A stretch of 64,000 nucleotides of DNA from an uncultured Azospirillaceae bacterium. Its GTDB lineage: Bacteria > Pseudomonadota > Alphaproteobacteria > RF32 > CAG-239. Shown here one piece after another: positions 28,386 to 36,872 of the stretch. The number at the start of each line of letters is the position of its first letter. Positions within the stretch are counted from its first letter, which is position 1. Under the pieces are notes generated by a model that saw only the letters and a program-made list of their open reading frames with translations, was not told where the DNA came from and made no database searches. A program made the position numbers and the translations under genes. Where the stretch lies: NCBI GenBank assembly GCA_964395655.1, contig CAYNBB010000004.1, positions 2,392 to 66,391 on the forward strand, read 5' to 3'.

Positions 28386-29337
28386 ACTCTTTTTTGCTGC
28401 GTTCTTCGTAAGCTTTGACGATTTTGGCAACCAGACCGTGACGGACGACGTCGGAAGCGCTGAAACGGACAGAGCCGATGTTCGGCGTGCCTTTGAGAAT
28501 GTCCAAAGCGTCACGCAGGCCTGAGACGGTGCCGCGCGGCAAGTCGACCTGGCTTAAATCGCCGTTGACAACCATGCGCGAATTTTCGCCGAGACGCGTC
28601 AGAAACATTTTCATCTGCATCGGCGTGGTGTTCTGCGCTTCGTCCAAAATAACAAATGCATTGGAAAGCGTGCGGCCGCGCATAAAGGCAAGCGGGGCAA
28701 TTTCAATCTCGCCGAGCGAAATTTTCTTGTCGACCTGCTCGGCCGGCAGCATTTCGTAAAGCGCATCGTACAACGGACGCAGGTAGGGATCGACCTTTTC
28801 TTTGAGGTCGCCGGGCAAAAAGCCCAGATTTTCTCCTGCTTCGACAGCCGGACGCGAGAGAATGATCTTGTCGATTTTGCCTTCAAGCATCATTGATACG
28901 GCAAGCGCGACAGCCAAATAGGTCTTACCGGTACCGGCAGGTCCCAAACCGAAAACGAGCTCGTTTTTCATCATTTCCTGAATATAAAGAGCCTGCGTGG
29001 CTGAACGCGGATAAATGTGGCGCTTTTTGGTTTTAAGAACAATGTTGCTCAAATCCTGTGCGGTTTCGCTGTCGGCGTTGCCGTCGGTAATGCGAACGGC
29101 CGCTTTGACCTCTTCATCGGTGATGGCGATGCCTTTGCTGACTTTGTTGTACAAAACGTCAATCGCGGTTTTGGCCTGTTCGATGGCGGTAGCGGAGCCT
29201 TTGATGTTCATTTTATTGCCGAAAGAGCCGATTTCAACATCAAGAATTTTTTCAAGCAGGCGCAGGTTGGAATCCTGAGGGCCGACCAGCTGTTGAACAA
29301 GCGTGTTGTTAAAAAGTTCAAAGTTAATTTCTGCCAT
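28372..29337 (-). CDS. ybeZ: PhoH-like ATPase (YbeZ)
   Basis: 321 aa. Has Walker A GPAGTGKTYLAVA, FVILDEAQN, and an N-terminal KH-like region. Confidence 0.92.
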   Translation of the reverse strand: MAEINFELFNNTLVQQLVGPQDSNLRLLEKILDVEIGSFGNKMNIKGSATAIEQAKTAIDVLYNKVSKGIAITDEEVKAAVRITDGNADSETAQDLSNIVLKTKKRHIYPRSATQALYIQEMMKNELVFGLGPAGTGKTYLAVALAVSMMLEGKIDKIILSRPAVEAGENLGFLPGDLKEKVDPYLRPLYDALYEMLPAEQVDKKISLGEIEIAPLAFMRGRTLSNAFVILDEAQNTTPMQMKMFLTRLGENSRMVVNGDLSQVDLPRGTVSGLRDALDILKGTPNIGSVRFSASDVVRHGLVAKIVKAYEERSKKEYGDE

Positions 29338-29342
29338 GTTTA

Positions 29343-30710
29343 TTATCCTTCCTTTTGGCCGGAAAGCGAATTGGTGGTCGCTTCGGTTACCCTGATGTTG
29401 ACGATTTTATTCAAAAACTCTTTTCCCAGTTCGGCATGGAGATTCTGCATATAAGGCGTACGGCCGACGAGTTGTCCGGCGTGACGCCCCCTGCTTTCGA
29501 ATAATACCGGAACGATTTTACCAACAGTTTCTTTATTAAAGTTTAATTGATAAGAAAATAACAAATTCTGAAGAATATCCAGACGTTGTTTTTTGACTTT
29601 TTCTTCAATCTGATTCGACATCAGCGCGGCGGGAGTACCTGCGCGGCGGGAATATTTGAACGAAAAGGCCTGAATGAATCCGACTTTTCTGACAACGTTG
29701 AGCGTCGCTTCAAAGTCGGCATCGGTTTCTCCCGGAAAACCGACGATAAAGTCTGACGAAAAACCAAGCTGCGGATTTGCTTCACGCAGTTTGGCAATGG
29801 TGTCGAGGTATTGTCCGGACGTGTGACGGCGGTTCATGGCTTTAAGCACTTTGTCGGAACCGGATTGAATCGGCAGATGCAGATAAGGCATCAGTTTTTC
29901 GATGTTTCTGTGACAGTCAATCAGTTCCTCGGTAACGTCGGCCGGATAAGACGTGGTATAGCGGATGCGTCGCAAACCTTCAATTTCGTTGATCTTGTTG
30001 AGCAGATAGGCCAGCGAGCGTTCTTTTCCGGAAGCGTCGATTCCGTGATAGGAATTGACGTTTTGGCCGAGCAGATTGATCTCGACGGTGCCTCCGGCAA
30101 CCAAAGCGCGGGCTTCTTTCAGGATTTCTTCAACCGGCCGCGAGGTTTCGATCCCGCGGGTATAGGGAACGACGCAATAGGTGCAGAAGTTGTTGCAGCC
30201 TTCCTGAACGGCCAGATAAGAACAACCGCCCGAAGACGTGTTCTGCGGCAGAAAATCGAATTTCGATTCTGCTGGAAATTCCGTGTCGATAATGGTTTCT
30301 CCTTTGGCACAGCCTATTTTGGCGAGGATTTCGGGCAGGCGGTGATACGTCAGCGGGCCGAGCGCAAAATCAACATAGGGAGCGCGTTTGGCAATCTGCT
30401 CGTCTTCGGCCTGAACGACACAGCCGATGACGCCGATAATCGTGGAATGCCCTTCGGCGGCGCGTTCCTGACGAATCAATTCGATCCGGCCGAGGTCGGA
30501 AAAAACTTTTTCTGCCGCTTTTTCGCGAATATGACAGGTGTTAAGGATAATCAGGTCGGCACCTTTGGGCGACGAAGCTTCGTTAAAGCCCAGGCGCTGC
30601 AAGACAGAGGCAATGCGCTGGGAATCGTAGACATTCATCTGGCAACCGAAAGTCTTAATAAAATATTTTTTCAATTTGCTTCCGTTTTTGTTATTAACAT
30701 TAGCTTTCAT
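29343..30710 (-). CDS. miaB: tRNA-i6A37 methylthiotransferase MiaB
   Basis: 455 aa. Contains FIKTFGCQMNVYDS, the radical-SAM motif CNNFCTYCVVP, and a TRAM-like C-terminus. Confidence 0.95.
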   Translation of the reverse strand: MKANVNNKNGSKLKKYFIKTFGCQMNVYDSQRIASVLQRLGFNEASSPKGADLIILNTCHIREKAAEKVFSDLGRIELIRQERAAEGHSTIIGVIGCVVQAEDEQIAKRAPYVDFALGPLTYHRLPEILAKIGCAKGETIIDTEFPAESKFDFLPQNTSSGGCSYLAVQEGCNNFCTYCVVPYTRGIETSRPVEEILKEARALVAGGTVEINLLGQNVNSYHGIDASGKERSLAYLLNKINEIEGLRRIRYTTSYPADVTEELIDCHRNIEKLMPYLHLPIQSGSDKVLKAMNRRHTSGQYLDTIAKLREANPQLGFSSDFIVGFPGETDADFEATLNVVRKVGFIQAFSFKYSRRAGTPAALMSNQIEEKVKKQRLDILQNLLFSYQLNFNKETVGKIVPVLFESRGRHAGQLVGRTPYMQNLHAELGKEFLNKIVNIRVTEATTNSLSGQKEG

Positions 30711-30838
30711 TTTATGTTAAACGCAGACGAAATTCAATTGATTTTTGGCACGTCAGCTCAAAAAATGCTTTTTGATTGAAAAGTTTTCAGATTCTGATAA
30801 TATGAAAACAAGATTAATTGTAAGCGGAAGGAATTGCT

Positions 30839-31285
30839 ATGTCTAATTTTAACATGGAGAGCGATATGGGGTATTTGTCATCGATGAATGAGGACGAACG
30901 GGTCGTCTTTTTGAGAACGCTTGCCAGACTGGCGATGTCAGACGGCGAGTTTGACGATGAGGAAAAACTGTTTATTCGTGAAATGGCTTTGGTGTTCGGG
31001 GTGCCCGAAAACAGATATGAGGAAATCAAAGCCAAAACGACCGATGACGAAATTATTGACGGCGTCAAAATTATCCGGGATCGCAAAAAAGCAATGGAAC
31101 TGGTAAAAGAGATGTGTCTGCTCGCCAATTCCGACGGTGATTTGTCGGACAAGGAAATTCTGCTTATCGGCCGGGTTGGTCAGGCCATGGGATTGGAACT
31201 TGAAAAAATAGAGCAAATCAGCCAGTGGGTAATCGATCGCATTATCTGGCTTGAAAAAGGCAAAATTATTTTTGAAAAGGTTTAA
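30839..31285 (+). CDS. TerB-like (tellurite-resistance TerB / DjlA-N-like) domain protein
   Basis: 148 aa. The motif LA.SDG.....E recurs: LARLAMSDGEFDDEEKLFI and LLANSDGDLSDKEILLI. Confidence 0.65.
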   Translation: MSNFNMESDMGYLSSMNEDERVVFLRTLARLAMSDGEFDDEEKLFIREMALVFGVPENRYEEIKAKTTDDEIIDGVKIIRDRKKAMELVKEMCLLANSDGDLSDKEILLIGRVGQAMGLELEKIEQISQWVIDRIIWLEKGKIIFEKV

Positions 31286-31308
31286 CGCAAAGGACAAGGA
31301 GCATCAAA

Positions 31309-32346
31309 ATGTCCGATACTTATGAAGAGCAATATGCCGGTTGGAAAAACGATTATCAGTGTCAGACCGACGATTTGTTTGCCGATATGCGCTATACGAT
31401 GGATCAGACGCCGGAACAAAGGCAGAGAATGGCTTATGCCCGTTCGACTCTGAAAAGCGTTGATAAACGGACGTTGAAAGAAGAAGCGGACAGGTTTATT
31501 GCCCGGCAAAAACTCGACAAAGTTGCAAATGCTTACGAAACTGCCGAAAAACTGGAAGGGATCAAACAGGTTGCCAAGATTCAGGGCGTTGAAATCAATA
31601 CCTTCGAATTGGATTTTCTGATCGCCGAATCCTTACAGAAAATTGACGCCGGCGAAGATCCGCGTGCGGAATATTACGACTGGGTCGAAGCGCAGCAGAG
31701 AATTGAAAACGACATAAATTCAGGCGGGACGACTCAGGAAGAGATTAATGCCCGCAACGGCTATATCGACTTTTTGGGAGATCGGGAAACCGAGATGCGG
31801 CGGATTATCGCTCTGTATGCCGGTACTGCGGTTTACGGTAACGGTCCATTGAAGGAACAGGCGCTGGAGCGGCTGGCTTTTTTGAATTTTAAGCTAAGCG
31901 AACTGCGCCGTCTGCGCGTTAAAATGCAGGCTACGAAAGATCGAGCCGACAGCCGCGAAGAGCTTGACAGAATTGAAGAGAAAAAACAGGCTAAAATCAT
32001 GACGGCGGGCGCGTTGCTGTTTGCTCACGAAAATATGACCAATCGCTACCTGCGCAACAAGGCCGGAATTGATTCCCGTGAATTTGAGCAGGGCATCGGT
32101 GAAGAATTTGTCAGATTCCGCCCGATTACGGAAACGCGTGAAGCAGCAGAAAACAAGATTGAAACGGTTCGGCAGAACAGCAGAAAAACGGCTGCTCTTT
32201 TGACGGCAATGCGCATGGGCAAATCCAAAAAGGAGATTGAAGAGGAAGAAGCGGCGACACAGCGCGAACTCCGGATTCGCCGTCTTAACGGCTTCGAGGC
32301 GGCGCGGTATCGCAACATTTATGAAAACAGCCGCCAACCCGCCTGA
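31309..32346 (+). CDS. Hypothetical acidic, predicted coiled-coil protein (345 aa)
   Basis: Strong RBS (AAGGACAAGGAG), 23 nt after the TerB-like gene. It is rich in E/R/K heptad-like stretches. I see no TM segment and recognise no motif. Confidence 0.55.
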   Translation: MSDTYEEQYAGWKNDYQCQTDDLFADMRYTMDQTPEQRQRMAYARSTLKSVDKRTLKEEADRFIARQKLDKVANAYETAEKLEGIKQVAKIQGVEINTFELDFLIAESLQKIDAGEDPRAEYYDWVEAQQRIENDINSGGTTQEEINARNGYIDFLGDRETEMRRIIALYAGTAVYGNGPLKEQALERLAFLNFKLSELRRLRVKMQATKDRADSREELDRIEEKKQAKIMTAGALLFAHENMTNRYLRNKAGIDSREFEQGIGEEFVRFRPITETREAAENKIETVRQNSRKTAALLTAMRMGKSKKEIEEEEAATQRELRIRRLNGFEAARYRNIYENSRQPA

Positions 32347-32422
32347 TCGGTTTTGGATATTGACAGTCGCCGTCGATTGAGGTATCAAAATCGGCGTAAG
32401 GTTATTTTTGAGGAGATGTTTT

Positions 32423-32722
32423 ATGGGCGCGTTGCTGGAGCCTTTTGTTTATGTTTTGGGACTGCTGGTCGACATTTATTTTAAGATTGTTGTGGTGCAG
32501 GTGGTCATTTCATGGCTGCTGCATTTCAGGATTCTCGAAACCTCCAACAAATATACTCAGAAAACCGTTGAGATTCTCAATAGGCTGACGATTCCCGTTT
32601 ATAAAAAAATCGCTGAGAAAGTACCGCCGTTTTCGGGCGTTGACTTTTCGCCGTTTATTTTGATTCTGGGGCTGATTCTGGCAAGTCGTCTGATCTTGCG
32701 TCTCAGTGCAATGCTGGTGTAA
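32423..32722 (+). CDS. yggT: YggT-family small membrane protein
   Basis: About 99 aa with two hydrophobic segments. The ...VVVQVVISWL.. motif is typical. ATG at 32423 with AGGAG RBS 7 nt upstream. Confidence 0.75.
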   Translation: MGALLEPFVYVLGLLVDIYFKIVVVQVVISWLLHFRILETSNKYTQKTVEILNRLTIPVYKKIAEKVPPFSGVDFSPFILILGLILASRLILRLSAMLV

Positions 32723-33041
32723 ATTGCCGCAGGTTATCGAAGAAAAAGACAAGGGAATTATTTTGCGGGTGAAGTTGGCGCCCAATTCGTCCCATTGCGG
32801 AAAAAACGGTTTTTTTGTAACGCCGGAAAACGAGGCTTATCTCAAAATCAACGTTATCAGCGTGCCGGAAAAAGGTCGAGCCAACAAAGAACTGCTTGCC
32901 TATCTGGCTAAAGCTTTGAAAATTGCTAAAACAGATATGGATATCATCAGTGGCGAACTTGATCGCTGTAAGAAGATATTGATAAAAACACACAAAGAAA
33001 ACGCGGTGGAAAATATTCGCCGATGGACGGAGGAAGCATAA
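32706..33041 (+). CDS. DUF167 (YggU) family protein
   Basis: Contains ILRVKLAPNSS...KINVISVPEKGRANKELLAYLAKALKI......I.SGE..R.K.ILI. The start is uncertain: GTG at 32706 or TTG at 32721. Confidence 0.7.
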   Translation: MQCWCKLPQVIEEKDKGIILRVKLAPNSSHCGKNGFFVTPENEAYLKINVISVPEKGRANKELLAYLAKALKIAKTDMDIISGELDRCKKILIKTHKENAVENIRRWTEEA

Positions 33042-33946
33042 TGACGGCACAGATTATCGACGGGAAACAGACGGCCGCCAAGATCAGAGAAGATCTGGCG
33101 CGCAGAATTGCCTCGGACAAAAGTGAAGAAATGCCGGTTCTGGCTGTCGTGCTGGTTGGCGAAAACGAAGCCAGCCGAATTTATGTCCGCAACAAGAAAA
33201 AAGCGGCGGCAGAAGTCGGCATCAGTTGCGAAGTGTTGGAATTTTCCGACACAATCGGTGAGCATGCTCTACTTGAAGTTATAAGCGAACTTAACGATGA
33301 CCCGCATATCAACGGCATCATTGTTCAATTGCCTCTGCCGGAACACATTAATCCGCTGCACGTGCTTTCGAAAATCCGACCGGAAAAAGACGTGGACGGT
33401 TTTAATCCGTATAATGCCGGGCTGCTGGCCTGCCGCGAACCGGATGCGATTGTTTCGGCAACGCCGCGCGGAATCCTCAAACTTCTGGAAACAACAGGTA
33501 TTGAACTTGCGGGAAAACACGCGGTTGTTATCGGACGTTCCAATATCGTCGGCCGGCCGGCCGCGATGCTGTTGCTGAACCAAGACTGTACGGTAAGCAT
33601 TACCCATTCCAAGACCGAAAATCTGCCCGCCATCGTACAACAAGCCGACATAGTGATTGCCGCTTGCGGGCAAGCCGGATTGGTTAAGAAAGAGTGGATT
33701 AAAAACGGTGCTGCGGTTATTGACGTCGGCATCAACCGAGTCGACGGCAAGCTTTGCGGCGACGTTGATTTTGAGGGCGTATGCGAAAAGGCGGCGTTTA
33801 TTACGCCGGTTCCCGGCGGCGTCGGACCGATGACGGTGGCAATGCTGCTCGAAAACACTTATGAAGCATTTAAGAAGCAGCAATTTGCGGAACAAGCGCA
33901 CGAATGTTGTTGCGGCGGCCACGGTTGCGGCTGTTCTCATCACTGA
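33041..33946 (+). CDS. folD: Bifunctional methylenetetrahydrofolate dehydrogenase/cyclohydrolase FolD with a Cys/His-rich C-terminal tail
   Basis: Contains IIDGKQTA, LVGENEASRIYVRNK, GIIVQLPLP, VVIGRSNIVGRP and PVPGGVGPMTVAML. ATG at 33041 with GGAGGAAG RBS. The tail reads HECCCGGHGCGCSHH. Confidence 0.93.
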   Translation: MTAQIIDGKQTAAKIREDLARRIASDKSEEMPVLAVVLVGENEASRIYVRNKKKAAAEVGISCEVLEFSDTIGEHALLEVISELNDDPHINGIIVQLPLPEHINPLHVLSKIRPEKDVDGFNPYNAGLLACREPDAIVSATPRGILKLLETTGIELAGKHAVVIGRSNIVGRPAAMLLLNQDCTVSITHSKTENLPAIVQQADIVIAACGQAGLVKKEWIKNGAAVIDVGINRVDGKLCGDVDFEGVCEKAAFITPVPGGVGPMTVAMLLENTYEAFKKQQFAEQAHECCCGGHGCGCSHH

Positions 33947-33951
33947 TTTTT

Positions 33952-34845
33952 TTATTTTAATCTGCTTAAAGGATGTTTGGAACGAACTTCGTCAAGAAGT
34001 TCTTTGCTCATGATATGCGTATATATTTCGGTGGTTGAGATGTCTGCGTGTCCGAGCATTTTCTGAACGGAACGCAGATCGGCGCCGTTGTGCAACAAAT
34101 GAGTGGCAAAGGAATGGCGCAATACGTGCGGAGAAACTTTTTCCGGCGAGATACCGGCCTGAACGGCAAGCTCTTTGAGATTTTTGAAAAAGGCGCTGCG
34201 GGTGATGTGGCCTGAAGAAGACTGTTTGGACGGGAAAAGCCAGATTGATTTGCGTCCGCGAATAAATTCCTGCCGCATATCGAAATAATCAAGAATGATT
34301 TTAACGGCGTTGCCGGCAATCGGTATCAATCGTTCCTTATTGCCCTTGCCGCGAACCAGAATTTGTCTTTTGTCAAAATTAATACAGTTTTCGGGAAGGG
34401 AGACAAGTTCGGAAACGCGCAGGCCGCAGGCATACATAAGTTCAAGCATGACCGCCAGCCGTTGGAAAGCGACGCTGTTTTTGTTCTGAGCCGTTTCAAT
34501 CAGCGTTTTAATCTCGCTCTGAGTGAGGAACTTGGGCAGAGGTTTTTCCTGCTTCGGAGCCGTGATGTTGGCGGTCGGATTGGCGGAAATTTCCTTTTCC
34601 GAATATAAAAATTTGAAAAAATCCTTCAATGTTGAAATTTTGCGAGCAACCGAACGCGGCGCATAATTTTTTTCGCTTAAAAAGCAAATATAGGCTGAGA
34701 TGTCTTCAGATGTGATCTTTTCGAAAGGCAACGGACATTTTTCGACAAATTGCAGCAAATCAAAGCTGTAAGAAGCTATGGTGTTTTCGGAGGCGCCCGT
34801 TTCGGCGCGCATCATATCAAGAAAATCATCAATCGGCGAAAACAT
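33952..34845 (-). CDS. xerD: Tyrosine recombinase XerD
   Basis: 297 aa. Contains GLRVSELV, GKGNKERLIP, SPHVLRHSFATHLL.NGADLRSVQKMLGHADISTTEIYTH. The catalytic R..HxxR..Y pattern is present. Confidence 0.8.
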   Translation of the reverse strand: MFSPIDDFLDMMRAETGASENTIASYSFDLLQFVEKCPLPFEKITSEDISAYICFLSEKNYAPRSVARKISTLKDFFKFLYSEKEISANPTANITAPKQEKPLPKFLTQSEIKTLIETAQNKNSVAFQRLAVMLELMYACGLRVSELVSLPENCINFDKRQILVRGKGNKERLIPIAGNAVKIILDYFDMRQEFIRGRKSIWLFPSKQSSSGHITRSAFFKNLKELAVQAGISPEKVSPHVLRHSFATHLLHNGADLRSVQKMLGHADISTTEIYTHIMSKELLDEVRSKHPLSRLK

Positions 34846-34979
34846 CAGCGAACAACGGAAAGTTCTGTTTCGACATGCTCAACCCGCATCGGCACTTCGT
34901 GTACGACGGCAAAAACAACTGCGGCAAGCAAAACGGCTCCGAGGACATAATAGACAAGACTTGATTTTTTCTGACGCAT
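34845..34979 (-). CDS. Small single-TM protein (44 aa), translationally coupled to xerD
   Basis: It falls below the ORF-track cutoff. Translation: MRQKKSSLVYYVLGAVLLAAVVFAVVHEVPMRVEHVETELSVVR. AAGGAG RBS about 10 nt upstream. Its TGA overlaps the xerD ATG (TGATG). Confidence 0.45.
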   Translation of the reverse strand: MRQKKSSLVYYVLGAVLLAAVVFAVVHEVPMRVEHVETELSVVR

Positions 34980-35079
34980 CGGTTTTCTTCTCCTTTGTAA
35001 AAAACTTATTGATAATGCCATGCTTTGTTTATATAGTTAACATAATAAATTTGAAAGATAAATTAAAATAAAGCCGAAA

Positions 35080-35625
35080 ATGATAAATCTTGATGATAAA
35101 ATAATTCTTTTGGTCGGGCTGATGGGTAGCGGCAAGACCAGCGTCGGCAAACGATTGTCGCAAAAACTGAATTTGCCTTTTGTTGACGGAGACCGCGAGG
35201 TTGAGAAAGCCGCCGGACTGTCTCTAATTGATATTCTCAAATGCTTCGGTTTGCAGGAATATCGCGCCGGCGAAGCGCGCGTCATGAAACGTCTGCTTCA
35301 GGGAGCGCCCTGCGTGCTGGCTTCCGGCGGAGGTTCATTCGTAGCACCGCAGACGCGCGAATATGCCAAGAAGAACGCAGTTACCATCTGGCTGAAAGCG
35401 GATGTGGAAGTCTTATACAACAGGACTGCCGGAAGAAAACACCGGCCGTTTTTGCGCGGAGCGGACGATCAGCTGAAAGACAAGCTCGAAAAATATATAT
35501 CGGAAGAATATCCGTTTTATTCGGAAGCCGATATTATTGTAGAAACCAAAGAAGAACAGGTCTCGGTTACGGTGAACCGAGTGATTGAAGCGATTGAAAA
35601 CTTTTTAAATCGGGACAAGTCATGA
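35080..35625 (+). CDS. aroK: Shikimate kinase
   Basis: 181 aa. Has the P-loop LVGLMGSGKTSVGKRLS and a ...GGG.. lid region. Confidence 0.9.
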   Translation: MINLDDKIILLVGLMGSGKTSVGKRLSQKLNLPFVDGDREVEKAAGLSLIDILKCFGLQEYRAGEARVMKRLLQGAPCVLASGGGSFVAPQTREYAKKNAVTIWLKADVEVLYNRTAGRKHRPFLRGADDQLKDKLEKYISEEYPFYSEADIIVETKEEQVSVTVNRVIEAIENFLNRDKS

Positions 35626-36872
35626 TTGTATCAATAATTGCCGTTGTCTTTTTATTGCTGTTGTCGGCTTTTTTCTCCGGATCCGAAACGGCTTTGACCG
35701 GAACGTCCTCTGCGTTCATTGCGGATCAGGACAAGAATCGCAACAATCCTCGGGCAAAACTTGTCGGAAGGTTGTTTGAGCATAAAGACAATTTGATTAT
35801 TACGACCCTGCTGGGGTCAAATCTCAGCAACACCTTGGCAACCTCTTTGTCAACAAGCGTTTTAATCGGTGTTTTCGGCCGGGAGGGTGTAGCTTACGCA
35901 ACGATTATCATGACGTTTTTGGTTTTGATTTATACGGATATGCTGCCCAAGACCTATGCCGTGCGCAATGCCAACAAAACGGCGCTGCTGGTAGCTCCAT
36001 CGGTAAACCTGTTTGTTAAATTGTTTGCCCCGGCAGTTTGGTTTTTGCAAAAAATCATGCATTTGACATTTCGCGTTTTCGGGCTCAGAGACGGCGGCGT
36101 TTCCGATGAAGATGCGCTGGCCGAGGTTCGCGGCGCGATTTGTATGTATAACGGCAAAGAAGGAAGACAAGAGCGGGAAATGCTTAAAAGCATTCTTGAT
36201 CTGACCGACATTACCGTTTACGACGTGATGAACCACCGCAAAAATTTGTTTTCGGTCGATATCGGGCTGCCGATAGAAACGATTCTTGCAAAAGTGGAAA
36301 ATTGCCCGTTTTCAAGAATTCCTCTGTATCAGGACAAGCCGGAAAACATTGTGGGCATTATCCGCGTTAAAACGTTGTTTAAAGAGGTCATTGACAAAAA
36401 GGGAGACTATTGCCAGGTAGATATTCGCAAACTCATGACCGAACCGTGGTTTATTCCTGACAATACTTCTCTTAAACAGCAGCTGCAAATGTTTCGGGCT
36501 CGGCGCGAACACTTTGCGATTGTGGTCGATGAATACGGCGTGCTGCAGGGAATTGTGACCCTGGAAGATATTTTGGAAGAGATTGTCGGCGACATCAATG
36601 ACGAAAGCGACGTTTCAAATCTGGACATTATGGGAATTCGAAAAATTGACGATCAAACTTTTATCGTCGACGGACAGGTGTCTATTCGCGACTTAAACCG
36701 CAAATTCGGCTGGAATATCAGCGATGACAATGCGGTGACAATTGCCGGTTATTTGCTGGACATGACGCGTTCCATTCCGTCGGAAGGACAGAAATTTATG
36801 TTTGAAGGCTTTCATTTCGAAGTGCTCAAACGCAAGAAAAACCAACTGACTTCCGTTAAAATCACTTTCTAG
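35622..36872 (+). CDS. CNNM/DUF21 + CBS-pair + CorC/HlyC-domain membrane protein (hemolysin-family transporter)
   Basis: 416 aa. An N-terminal 4-TM DUF21 domain (FFSGSETALT) is followed by CBS repeats and VVDEYGVLQGIVTLEDILEEIVGDINDE. ATGA overlap with aroK. Confidence 0.88.
   Translation: MIVSIIAVVFLLLLSAFFSGSETALTGTSSAFIADQDKNRNNPRAKLVGRLFEHKDNLIITTLLGSNLSNTLATSLSTSVLIGVFGREGVAYATIIMTFLVLIYTDMLPKTYAVRNANKTALLVAPSVNLFVKLFAPAVWFLQKIMHLTFRVFGLRDGGVSDEDALAEVRGAICMYNGKEGRQEREMLKSILDLTDITVYDVMNHRKNLFSVDIGLPIETILAKVENCPFSRIPLYQDKPENIVGIIRVKTLFKEVIDKKGDYCQVDIRKLMTEPWFIPDNTSLKQQLQMFRARREHFAIVVDEYGVLQGIVTLEDILEEIVGDINDESDVSNLDIMGIRKIDDQTFIVDGQVSIRDLNRKFGWNISDDNAVTIAGYLLDMTRSIPSEGQKFMFEGFHFEVLKRKKNQLTSVKITF

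Noticed and set aside
30746-30760. Sigma-54-like TGGCACG upstream of the TerB-like gene
   Set aside because: The -24 half is perfect, but the -12 position reads CTCA instead of TTGC. GG-N10 lands on CA, not GC, so the geometry fails.
33952-34845. Tyrosine recombinase as a marker of an integrated mobile element
   Set aside because: The sequence has XerD hallmarks (GKGNKER, C-terminal XerD-type motifs) and housekeeping neighbours. No phage or IS genes or att-like repeats flank it.
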